This document shows positions 56,608 through 64,000 of a stretch of 64,000 nucleotides of DNA, piece after piece. The notes below the pieces were generated by a model. That model was not told where the DNA came from and ran no database searches. It saw only the letters and a list, made by a program, of their open reading frames with translations. The DNA is taken from assembly GCA_038897035.1 (NCBI GenBank), contig JAWAXF010000002.1:46797-110796 (forward strand), read 5' to 3'. Numbering within the stretch: position 1 is the first letter of the stretch; the number at the start of each line of letters is the position of its first letter. The position numbers and the translations under genes were made by a program. This stretch comes from Candidatus Bathyarchaeia archaeon. GTDB taxonomy: Archaea; Thermoproteota; Bathyarchaeia; Bathyarchaeales; DTEX01.

Positions 56608-56621
56608 GAATATTCCTCCTC

Positions 56622-57332
56622 TTATTGGCCAGGTAGATATTGCGCCAGAATCATCGCGTGGTCCTTATCATAGGGTTCTAAATGGATCACTTGGTGTATC
56701 TGGAATCCATTCTTCTCTAATATGGTTATCTCTCTTTTATAAACTTCACTGGGCTCCTTCGTGACATCTATACTCCTAGCTTTTATTGCGAGCATTATCC
56801 AGCCACCCCTCTTAAGAAAAATCTTAGCGTTATCTGCCAGCACCTGAGCTTGCTCGGGCTGTGCTATATCACAGTAGATTATATTAACCTTCTCGACTAA
56901 ATGGGCATATTTCTCTGGGAATCTGGCATCAGCCAATATTGGTGACATATTAGGTCTATATTTACAGACATTGTTTATAAGTTCTTTTATGGGCCTTGGA
57001 GCAAACTCTATACAATAAATGTGGCCTTTTTCGCCAATTATGTCTGAGACGTGACTTGCAGTTGTTCCGGAGGCGGCTCCTAAGTATAGAACCTTATACC
57101 CGGGTTTTATCGGCAGCATTTTCAACCCCTTGAGGATGGCTGCGGCAATCTTGCTTCTATAAGGATCCCAAAGCCTGTATTCCGTATCCCTATATTTTAT
57201 CAGGCGCTCTCCATAGACGTCCCTGCCTGGGGCAAGATTCTTAGAGGCTATCCTCTTGCTTCCATCCTCAAGGGTAACTTGATATATCCCCTCAAACTGT
57301 GGTACCGGTTCAACTTTAACGCTCATAAACAA
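56622..57332 (-). CDS. flpA: fibrillarin-like rRNA/tRNA 2-prime-O-methyltransferase
   Basis: RLWDPYRSKIAAAI, VLYLGAASGTTASHVSDI and DIAQPEQA motifs. Confidence 0.95.
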   Translation of the reverse strand: MFMSVKVEPVPQFEGIYQVTLEDGSKRIASKNLAPGRDVYGERLIKYRDTEYRLWDPYRSKIAAAILKGLKMLPIKPGYKVLYLGAASGTTASHVSDIIGEKGHIYCIEFAPRPIKELINNVCKYRPNMSPILADARFPEKYAHLVEKVNIIYCDIAQPEQAQVLADNAKIFLKRGGWIMLAIKARSIDVTKEPSEVYKREITILEKNGFQIHQVIHLEPYDKDHAMILAQYLPGQ

Positions 57333-57343
57333 CTACCTCTAAA

Positions 57344-58549
57344 CTACCTTTTTCTCCCAGCTTTCTTAGCAACCTTTTTTGCGGTCTTCTTAACCTTAGG
57401 TGGTGTAGGATACTTCTCCTCGATTTCCCTAACTCTTTCTATCAGCTCTTCCTTAAGCTTATCTCCTATATAGTTGCCAGTAAAAGCGTCTGTCCTAGCA
57501 GCTATAGAGAGCTTCCCTGCAAGGGCCCTGGCAATCTTGCCTCTTAGCCACTTCTTAGCCTTAAATATTAGGGAGTGCTGGAAGATCACGCCGTGCTTTG
57601 GAGGCTTGCTGCCAGTTCTGAGTGCTCTGAAAAGCGCCTTCTCGGCGCCTAGAACCTGAACTGTGCTTGCAGGCAACTTGGCGAGATTCTCTAATCCTCC
57701 TGCAAGGGCTATTAGTCTAGCACCAAGGGATGACCCAGCTAAAGCCCTGAGGTTTGGAGCAACCTCCTCCATGAGCTCATCAATATATTTATCTATGTTA
57801 GCCCTGACTTCATATAATTGCATTACCTGCTTTGAGAACCTTCTAAGTAGCTCTATGTCCTTATCCTCTAGATCGGCACCCATAGAAGACTTGGCAGCTT
57901 CAATTATCTGTGTTATCTTACTCTTTGGGAAGCCCTCCCTCTCAAGCTTCTCAGAGGAAAAATTATCCCTGCGCCCAAAAAGGTACACTAATCTGACAAA
58001 TGACTCATGCTTATCTATTAGGCGGCTAAGCTCGGGAAAGTGTATTCCATACCACTCGCGTATGCGGCTCGCGAATAAGTTTAATGTCTGATCTAGATCA
58101 TCAAGGGCATGAACAGCTTGAATTACTAGAAGATCCCTCTTCTCAGTAGCCCTTTTTATTCTAAGCTTCGAGAGTTCTATCGTTACATCATGCGTCCATT
58201 TAGTTATCTCGCTAGGCTCTTTAAGAAAACCGACTTCAACGCCCACTTCACCAATATTCTCCCGCAGTCTCTTAGTTAAGCCACCTAAGGACCTGACCTC
58301 AATATCTATCTTAAACTCACTACTAATGAGATTAGCTATCTCCGGGTTATTAAATATTAACTTACAATCCTGCCTCTTCAGTCTCTCTATGAGTCTCCTC
58401 GCTTCAGGTATGATTTTTCCTTGTTCTAGGGCAAATAATCTCTCGGCAATCTTAGTGGCATCCCTCTCAAAAACCTCTTTATCAATTATCCTACCATTTT
58501 CATCTACAGCTAAAACCCCTACAACACTCGGTATAATAGCAACCCTCAA
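57344..58549 (-). CDS. nop5: C/D box sRNP core protein Nop5 (Nop56/58)
   Basis: Nop domain (GSSLGARLIALAGGLENLAKLPASTVQVLGAEKALFRAL) and a C-terminal KK-rich tail. Directly upstream of flpA, as is usual in archaea. Confidence 0.9.
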   Translation of the reverse strand: MRVAIIPSVVGVLAVDENGRIIDKEVFERDATKIAERLFALEQGKIIPEARRLIERLKRQDCKLIFNNPEIANLISSEFKIDIEVRSLGGLTKRLRENIGEVGVEVGFLKEPSEITKWTHDVTIELSKLRIKRATEKRDLLVIQAVHALDDLDQTLNLFASRIREWYGIHFPELSRLIDKHESFVRLVYLFGRRDNFSSEKLEREGFPKSKITQIIEAAKSSMGADLEDKDIELLRRFSKQVMQLYEVRANIDKYIDELMEEVAPNLRALAGSSLGARLIALAGGLENLAKLPASTVQVLGAEKALFRALRTGSKPPKHGVIFQHSLIFKAKKWLRGKIARALAGKLSIAARTDAFTGNYIGDKLKEELIERVREIEEKYPTPPKVKKTAKKVAKKAGRKR

Positions 58550-58618
58550 GAGACTTCACCAAGTCCCACTCTATAAAGTTGATAAGCAAATATATGTATT
58601 TACTGCATACTATCACCC

Positions 58619-59560
58619 ATGGGAAACCTGATGGTTAGGGCGCCTAATTGTATTGATCTGAGCGTGCGCGTATCTGGGTTATTTATGCAAAATCCAACGA
58701 TGCTTGCTTCTGGGATACTTGGCATGTCCGCTGATACTTTGAGAATGGTGGCTGAGTCCGGCGCGGGGGCGGTTGTAACTAAGTCAGTTGGGTTAAAGCC
58801 CAGTAGCGGATACCCGAACCCGACCGTAATACAGGTTGAGTGTGGCTTCTTAAATGCTGTTGGACTACCAAACCCAGGGGTTCATAAATTCGCCGAGGAG
58901 ATAAAGGCGCTTAGGAATCTGGGGGTGCCAATTATAGTCAGCGTCTTCGGCTTCTCTCCCGAGGAATACGCTAAGGTCGCTAGGATTGCCGTGGAGTCCG
59001 GGGCAAGCGCCATAGAGTTAAACTTATCCTGCCCGCATGTTAGTGGTACTGGTGCGGAGATAGGTCAGGATCCGAAGATGATTAAGCAGGTGGTGGGGGC
59101 GGTTAAAAGAAGCGTCGAGAAGCCGGTTTTCGCTAAACTAACGCCAAACACCACGAATATAGCGGAGATAGCAGAAGCTGCCATCTCAGCCGGGGCTGAC
59201 GCCATTACCGCAATAAATACTGTTAGGGCAATGGCAATTGATGTTGAGACCCATAGACCCATATTAGCCAACAGGATTGGCGGCCTCTCTGGACCCGCGA
59301 TAAAGCCGATAGCCTTGAGATGCGTCTATGAGATCTATGAAGCGGTGAACGCACCAATAATTGGATGTGGTGGGATAACGTGCTGGAGAGACGCTGTAGA
59401 GTTCATGCTCGCTGGCGCGAGCGCAGTCCAAATTGGCTCAGCAATAGCCATCGAGGGGTTCTCAATATTTAAATCCATCTGCACTGGCTTGGCAGAATAT
59501 CTTGCAAGAAAGGGCTTTAGGAGCGTAGGTGAGATAATTGGGCTGGCCCATAAAAAATAA
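58619..59560 (+). CDS. pyrD: dihydroorotate dehydrogenase, catalytic subunit (class 1B)
   Basis: NPTMLASGILG, ELNLSCPH, GGLSGPAIKPIALR and IGCGGI motifs. Confidence 0.9.
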   Translation: MGNLMVRAPNCIDLSVRVSGLFMQNPTMLASGILGMSADTLRMVAESGAGAVVTKSVGLKPSSGYPNPTVIQVECGFLNAVGLPNPGVHKFAEEIKALRNLGVPIIVSVFGFSPEEYAKVARIAVESGASAIELNLSCPHVSGTGAEIGQDPKMIKQVVGAVKRSVEKPVFAKLTPNTTNIAEIAEAAISAGADAITAINTVRAMAIDVETHRPILANRIGGLSGPAIKPIALRCVYEIYEAVNAPIIGCGGITCWRDAVEFMLAGASAVQIGSAIAIEGFSIFKSICTGLAEYLARKGFRSVGEIIGLAHKK

Positions 59561-59561
59561 T

Positions 59562-60362
59562 ATGTTACGTGTCGTTCGGATATTAGATATTAAGGTCGAA
59601 AACCCATACGTCAAAACAATCTTCTTTAATGACGAGATGTGCACCCTAGCCGAGCCGGGCCAATTCGTTATGGTTTGGATACCTGGGATAGATGAGATAC
59701 CGATTAGCATCTCATCAGTATACCCGGATGGCTCTTCATCGATAACCGTTGCGGCCGTCGGCGAGGCTACTAAAGCTCTTACTGAAATGAAGCCCAGCGA
59801 CTTAATCGGCGTGAGGGGACCCTTCGGCAGAAGCTACAGAGTTATCGGCAAAAAAGCTCTTGTTGTTGGGGGTGGAATAGGTATGGCCCCGCTTATGCTA
59901 CTCATAAGCAAGCTTATTGATAGAAATGTTGAGACGATAGTTGTTAATGGGGCTAAGACCAGGGATAAAATAATCTTCATGGAGAGACTTAAGAACCTAG
60001 CGAAATCGGATATGGTTAGCGTATATTTTGTCACCGAAGATGGGAGTTATGGACTTAAGGGGCTAGCGACGGATGTCGCCGAGGAAGTTCTTAGATCAGG
60101 GAAGGTTGACATAATATATGCCTGCGGGCCAGAAAGCATGATTAAAAAGCTCTATAACTTGGCTAAGGCTTACTTGGTGGATATGCAGGCGAGCTTAGAG
60201 CGGTACATAAGGTGCGCCGTAGGAATATGTGGAAGCTGCGTGATAGGCAGGTATAGGGTGTGTAGAGATGGTCCGGTCTTCATGATGGAGGAGCTTAGGG
60301 AAGTTGAGAGTTGCCTCGGGTTAATAAAATATAATGAGAAGGGAGAAAGGGTTCCAGTTTAA
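59562..60362 (+). CDS. pyrK: dihydroorotate dehydrogenase electron-transfer subunit
   Basis: FAD/NAD-binding ferredoxin-reductase fold (GPFG, VGGGIGMAPL) and the C-terminal 2Fe-2S motif CAVGICGSCV...C. ATG at 59562 lies 2 nt after the pyrD stop. Confidence 0.85.
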   Translation: MLRVVRILDIKVENPYVKTIFFNDEMCTLAEPGQFVMVWIPGIDEIPISISSVYPDGSSSITVAAVGEATKALTEMKPSDLIGVRGPFGRSYRVIGKKALVVGGGIGMAPLMLLISKLIDRNVETIVVNGAKTRDKIIFMERLKNLAKSDMVSVYFVTEDGSYGLKGLATDVAEEVLRSGKVDIIYACGPESMIKKLYNLAKAYLVDMQASLERYIRCAVGICGSCVIGRYRVCRDGPVFMMEELREVESCLGLIKYNEKGERVPV

Positions 60363-60369
60363 AGTCCAC

Positions 60370-61266
60370 TTAGATAGTTCCACTGCTCTCAGGATTTTCC
60401 TCCTCCTTTCCTCCCCTTAGTAGATCCTCAATCCTCCTCAGAACTGGCGTCTCCTTCATCTCAAGCATTTTGCTACCTATTATGCCTCGCACCTTCCTAG
60501 GATCAGGCACTCCATAAAGGCTGAAGTATGTTGCTACCCTAGGTCTATTCGCACTCCTCTTCCCGCCTACTGAGGCTCCAGCCAATTTACCCTTTATAGT
60601 AGCCCCTATGGAGATGGCTGCTAATGAAGCATCTTCACCTAATCCAAAACCCGACTCTGTAATTAGTATAATTGTGCCGTAATTAAATATTCTGCCTAAG
60701 GGCCCCTGATGCACATAGACATCAGATATCTTGTCATACATCACCTCTCGAGTCTCCTTCCCAATGAATTTCTTTATGGCAATGATTCTATAGTTTGTTA
60801 AGACGAACCTGTGCCCACGCCGATAAAAGTCCACTAGAATCAGCCCTAATACCGCGGAGAAGAGGAGTATAGTAGATTTTGCGGCCAGCTCCGAGTACAA
60901 GTAGACCTCCAGCAGCGTTCCAGAAATGCCTATGAGGATCATGTAGAATAGTGGCATCTTGCTAATCCATAAGGCCCCTATTAAAAGTCCGCTTAACACT
61001 AAAATAGCCCAGAAAATTATCAGGGAGACCAGTTCCTCCGGGCTTAACCCGGGTACTATACCGAAGAGTAAATTCAGGATCCCTGCAATGTTTGGGTTTG
61101 ACCATACATTCTGGTGGAACCATTGATAGATTATATAAAGCGCGGCTGCTAGAAATGCTAAGTAGAGACATGCAGAATAATATTTTAGGAATGAGAGCAG
61201 ATGTGGTTTAAGAGAAGTCTCCACCTGCTCGCCACTAAAAAGCTCAAAGTCTTTTTGACTACTCAT
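60370..61266 (-). CDS. membrane protein with bacterial PH-like (bPH_2/DUF304-type) domain
   Basis: Four or five TM helices, then RFVLTNYRIIAIKKFIGKETREVMYDKISDVYVHQGPLGRIFNYGTIIL, which is typical of the YdbT-like PH domain. Confidence 0.6.
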   Translation of the reverse strand: MSSQKDFELFSGEQVETSLKPHLLSFLKYYSACLYLAFLAAALYIIYQWFHQNVWSNPNIAGILNLLFGIVPGLSPEELVSLIIFWAILVLSGLLIGALWISKMPLFYMILIGISGTLLEVYLYSELAAKSTILLFSAVLGLILVDFYRRGHRFVLTNYRIIAIKKFIGKETREVMYDKISDVYVHQGPLGRIFNYGTIILITESGFGLGEDASLAAISIGATIKGKLAGASVGGKRSANRPRVATYFSLYGVPDPRKVRGIIGSKMLEMKETPVLRRIEDLLRGGKEEENPESSGTI

Positions 61267-61312
61267 TATCTAGCCCACACTAAATTAATGGTGCGTAGAG
61301 CGGAAATAAACG

Positions 61313-64000
61313 TTATGAACCAACTTTTCTAAGCCATATCGTCAGCGTTTCTCCGGCTAGCTGGTATATTGCCTGATGCGCCTCCGCGTTCGGCTTCCCT
61401 TTTCTTACGAATACGGAGAGAGTCTCGGCAGCAATGTACTCCTCAAAGCTCTCGAATACTTCTGTAAGTATTGTCCCAGCCTCATAATAAGTTTCTATCT
61501 GATCCGCTATGTTGAAGCCAGCTTCCTTCCTCTGGTTCTGTATCCGCCTAACTATGTCTCTAGCAATCCCCTCCAATCTGAGCTTAGGTGGTATAGTAGT
61601 ATTTATGGCAACAAGAACCTCACCTTCCTCAGAGAGCTCCCATTCACTCTTGGGCTCTTCTATTACCTTAACCTCATTTGAGTATATATTTATCTCCTGC
61701 CCATCAACTAATATCGCCAAGAAATCATTCTCCCTGATAGCCTTTATGGCTTTGAGCGGGTCCATGCGCGCTATAACCTCCTGAATCTTCGGGAACAGTC
61801 TGCCATATTTCTTACCAAGGATCTCTGGTATCGGCTTAATAATATAATTTATGACCTCGCTCCTATCTACTGCATAAGATATCTTCTTCACGTTAAGTTC
61901 ATCGAGCACTAAATGCTCTAATCTTTTTACCCGGTTAATTACCTCCTTGCTTGCTATTACCTTAGCTTCCACGAGTGGTTGCCGCAGCTTGATCCCAGCT
62001 TTGTTGCGTGCCGCCCGCCCAAGACTACATACTTTGATCACTAGATCCATGTCTTTCATCAGCTCTTCATCGATTAAGTCTTCGTTCGGAGTAGGCCAGT
62101 CATTATGATGGACACTTTCTGGGGCATCTGGATTAACCCTACGCACGATGTTCTGGTACATTTCCTCTGTCAGGAATGGTATGAATGGTGCTAAGAGCTT
62201 TATTAGTGTTATTAGGCAAGTATACAGCACTGTGTAAGCGGCGTTCTTATCCTCGTCCCATTCACTCTTCCAGAATCTCCGCCTAGACCTCCTAATATAC
62301 CAAGTTGATAAATCATCAATGAATCTCTCTATGACCATAGCTGCATCATACGGGTTAAAGTCCTCAAGGAAACACGTGACATCTTTTATAAGTACATTAA
62401 GCCTAGAAAGAATCCACCTATCCAGCAGTGATAATATATTATATGGTGCAGAGCTCTTTGGAGTCCATTCGTCGAGATTTGCATAGGTTGTGAAAAAGTT
62501 ATATATGTTCCATAGGGGTAATATGAAGCGCCTCTTGACCTCGTCAGCTTTTTTGTAGCCGAAGAGCAAGTTTGATTCAGGCTTAGTCGTGCAATATATC
62601 CAGCGCATAAGGTCTGCACCCATTTTCTCCACGGCTTCATCAAACCATATCACGTTACCCCAAGATTTATGCATCTCACGCCCCTGCTCATCCAATACGA
62701 GTCCATGGCCAAAGCATACCTTAAATGGGGGCTCGCCCTCCATAACGGTGCTCATGGCTAGCATTGCATAAAACCAGTTCCTAAATTGTCCTGGAAGAGA
62801 CTCACAGACGAACTCTGCTGGGAACCACTTCCTCCAGTAATCGCGGTCATACCTATAGCGTAGCGTTGAATAGGCAACTATACCAGCGTCGAGCCATGGG
62901 TTACCGACATCCGGTATGCGTGACATCAATGAGCCGCACTTAGGGCACCTTATCTTTACGGCATCAACCCAAGGTCTATGGGGTGTATGCCCATTGAATA
63001 TCTCCCATCCCTCAACTGCCTTATCTTTAAGCTCCTCTTTACTACCTATGACCTCAAAGTGTCCACAGTTCTTGCATTCCCATATTGGTATGGCTAGACC
63101 CCAATAGCGCTTCTTCGATATCATCCAATCCTCCATATTCTCAAGCCAATTCAGCTCATGCTGCAGCCCATAGGGCGGTATCCAGCGAACCCTCTTAGCA
63201 ACCTCCATAATCTGGTACCTTAGGTTCTGAGCCTTCTTCTCCTCGGTCAATTCCTCTAGAGACTTATTGAGCTTCTTGCCCATATGTATGAACCACTCGT
63301 CCACCAGGCGGAAAACTAGCTCGCTGCCACACCGCCAACAAACTGGATAGCGGTGGAGGTAATCCTCAACCTTTAGAAGCAGACCCTTCTCCTTTAAGTT
63401 CTCAATTATCGGCCCGGCTGAGTCGTAGACGTGCATGCCAGTATACTCGCCGAAGCCTTCAATGAATACTCCGAATTCGTCTAGGGGGGCTATTGCTGGC
63501 AAATTATAGATCCTCCCGAGTTCAAAGTCCTCTTTACCGCAGCCTGGTGCTATATGGACGATGCATGTGCCCTCTTCCTCCGTTACGCCATCCCATAGTA
63601 TCACTCTATGTGTCTCCACCGCACCAGATTCCCTTTGAGCCAGAAGCTCATCGAATGGTCCATCGTAAGCCCATCCTTCCATATCGCTTCCTTTAATCTC
63701 TTTAAGTATCTCGTAGCTATCCTTCAGAAGAATTCTGTCTAGGGCTGGCTTGCCTAGATAATAGTATTCATTCTCATGCCTGACTTTCACGTAGGTTATG
63801 TTTGGGTGGACCGCAACCGCAACGTTGGATGTGAGGGTCCACGGCGTTGTTGTCCAAATCAAGAGATACTCTTTCTCCCCGCTCCTCAATGGGAATTTAA
63901 CCGTTAGGCCTGGGTGGACGAGTTCCCTATAACCTTCAGTGACAATCTCGTGCTCTGAGAGGGCTGTTGAGCATCTTGGACACCATGGCATGACATCCCT
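61313..64000 (-). CDS. ileS: isoleucyl-tRNA synthetase (5-prime end beyond window)
   Basis: KMHKSWGN (KMSKS-type) motif, a CP1 editing region, Zn-finger-like CWRCGS/CKNCGH/CPKCGS and an anticodon-binding C-terminus. The ORF runs off the right edge, so the HIGH region is not in the window. Confidence 0.95.
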   Translation of the reverse strand, partial: RDVMPWCPRCSTALSEHEIVTEGYRELVHPGLTVKFPLRSGEKEYLLIWTTTPWTLTSNVAVAVHPNITYVKVRHENEYYYLGKPALDRILLKDSYEILKEIKGSDMEGWAYDGPFDELLAQRESGAVETHRVILWDGVTEEEGTCIVHIAPGCGKEDFELGRIYNLPAIAPLDEFGVFIEGFGEYTGMHVYDSAGPIIENLKEKGLLLKVEDYLHRYPVCWRCGSELVFRLVDEWFIHMGKKLNKSLEELTEEKKAQNLRYQIMEVAKRVRWIPPYGLQHELNWLENMEDWMISKKRYWGLAIPIWECKNCGHFEVIGSKEELKDKAVEGWEIFNGHTPHRPWVDAVKIRCPKCGSLMSRIPDVGNPWLDAGIVAYSTLRYRYDRDYWRKWFPAEFVCESLPGQFRNWFYAMLAMSTVMEGEPPFKVCFGHGLVLDEQGREMHKSWGNVIWFDEAVEKMGADLMRWIYCTTKPESNLLFGYKKADEVKRRFILPLWNIYNFFTTYANLDEWTPKSSAPYNILSLLDRWILSRLNVLIKDVTCFLEDFNPYDAAMVIERFIDDLSTWYIRRSRRRFWKSEWDEDKNAAYTVLYTCLITLIKLLAPFIPFLTEEMYQNIVRRVNPDAPESVHHNDWPTPNEDLIDEELMKDMDLVIKVCSLGRAARNKAGIKLRQPLVEAKVIASKEVINRVKRLEHLVLDELNVKKISYAVDRSEVINYIIKPIPEILGKKYGRLFPKIQEVIARMDPLKAIKAIRENDFLAILVDGQEINIYSNEVKVIEEPKSEWELSEEGEVLVAINTTIPPKLRLEGIARDIVRRIQNQRKEAGFNIADQIETYYEAGTILTEVFESFEEYIAAETLSVFVRKGKPNAEAHQAIYQLAGETLTIWLRKVGS

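Noticed and set aside
1-64000. CRISPR arrays, cas genes, transposases, integrases, reverse transcriptases, toxin-antitoxin pairs, inteins in large proteins, and rRNA genes.
   Set aside because: I saw no regularly spaced direct repeats, no matching protein motifs in any track ORF and no abnormal length insertions (GatE, PckG, IlvD and IleS have normal sizes). A computational scan would still be needed for certainty.

Overview
The window is a gene-dense archaeal chromosomal segment. The archaeal assignment rests on gatD/gatE, fibrillarin plus Nop5, rpoH, deoxyhypusine synthase, an archaeal-type PPAT and an initiator-type tRNA with A1:U72. The gene set fits a TACK-type lineage, but no finer placement can be made from sequence alone.

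Most of the window is housekeeping or central metabolism:
- Purine synthesis: purM-like and purC.
- MTA/SAH deaminase.
- A five-gene Opp/Dpp-type peptide ABC transporter.
- GTP-dependent PEP carboxykinase.
- SufC with a SufB/D-family protein.
- ilvD, an ACT-domain protein and homoserine dehydrogenase.
- An HdrA-MvhD fusion with a 6-cluster polyferredoxin.
- Transaldolase, agmatinase, an HDAC-like deacetylase and deoxyhypusine synthase.
- pyrD/pyrK, and ileS (cut by the window end).

I found two tRNAs: initiator tRNA-Met(CAU) and tRNA-Lys(UUU). I did not find rRNA, a CRISPR array, a transposase, an integrase or a recognisable defence gene.

The parts that ordinary annotation does not explain are:
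1. A compact cluster of four uncharacterised winged-helix proteins at 17.6-20.1 kb. Three are clear two-domain paralogues.
2. The adjacent rpoH, which is detached from any rpoB/rpoA operon and carries an N-terminal extension that reads like the eukaryotic Rpb5 N-domain.
3. A hairpin-rich repeat family bounded by inverted repeats. It has two good copies (30.55-30.90 kb and 43.53-43.74 kb, in opposite orientation) that differ by one compensatory stem change, plus two weaker core-motif copies.
4. A decayed, ORF-poor region around tRNA-Lys (27.8-31.5 kb) containing broken gene fragments.
5. A stand-alone MtrH-like methyltransferase next to a cytoplasmic molybdoenzyme of the pyrogallol-transhydroxylase type.

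All functional calls come from reading motifs and from remembered family signatures. No searches were run.
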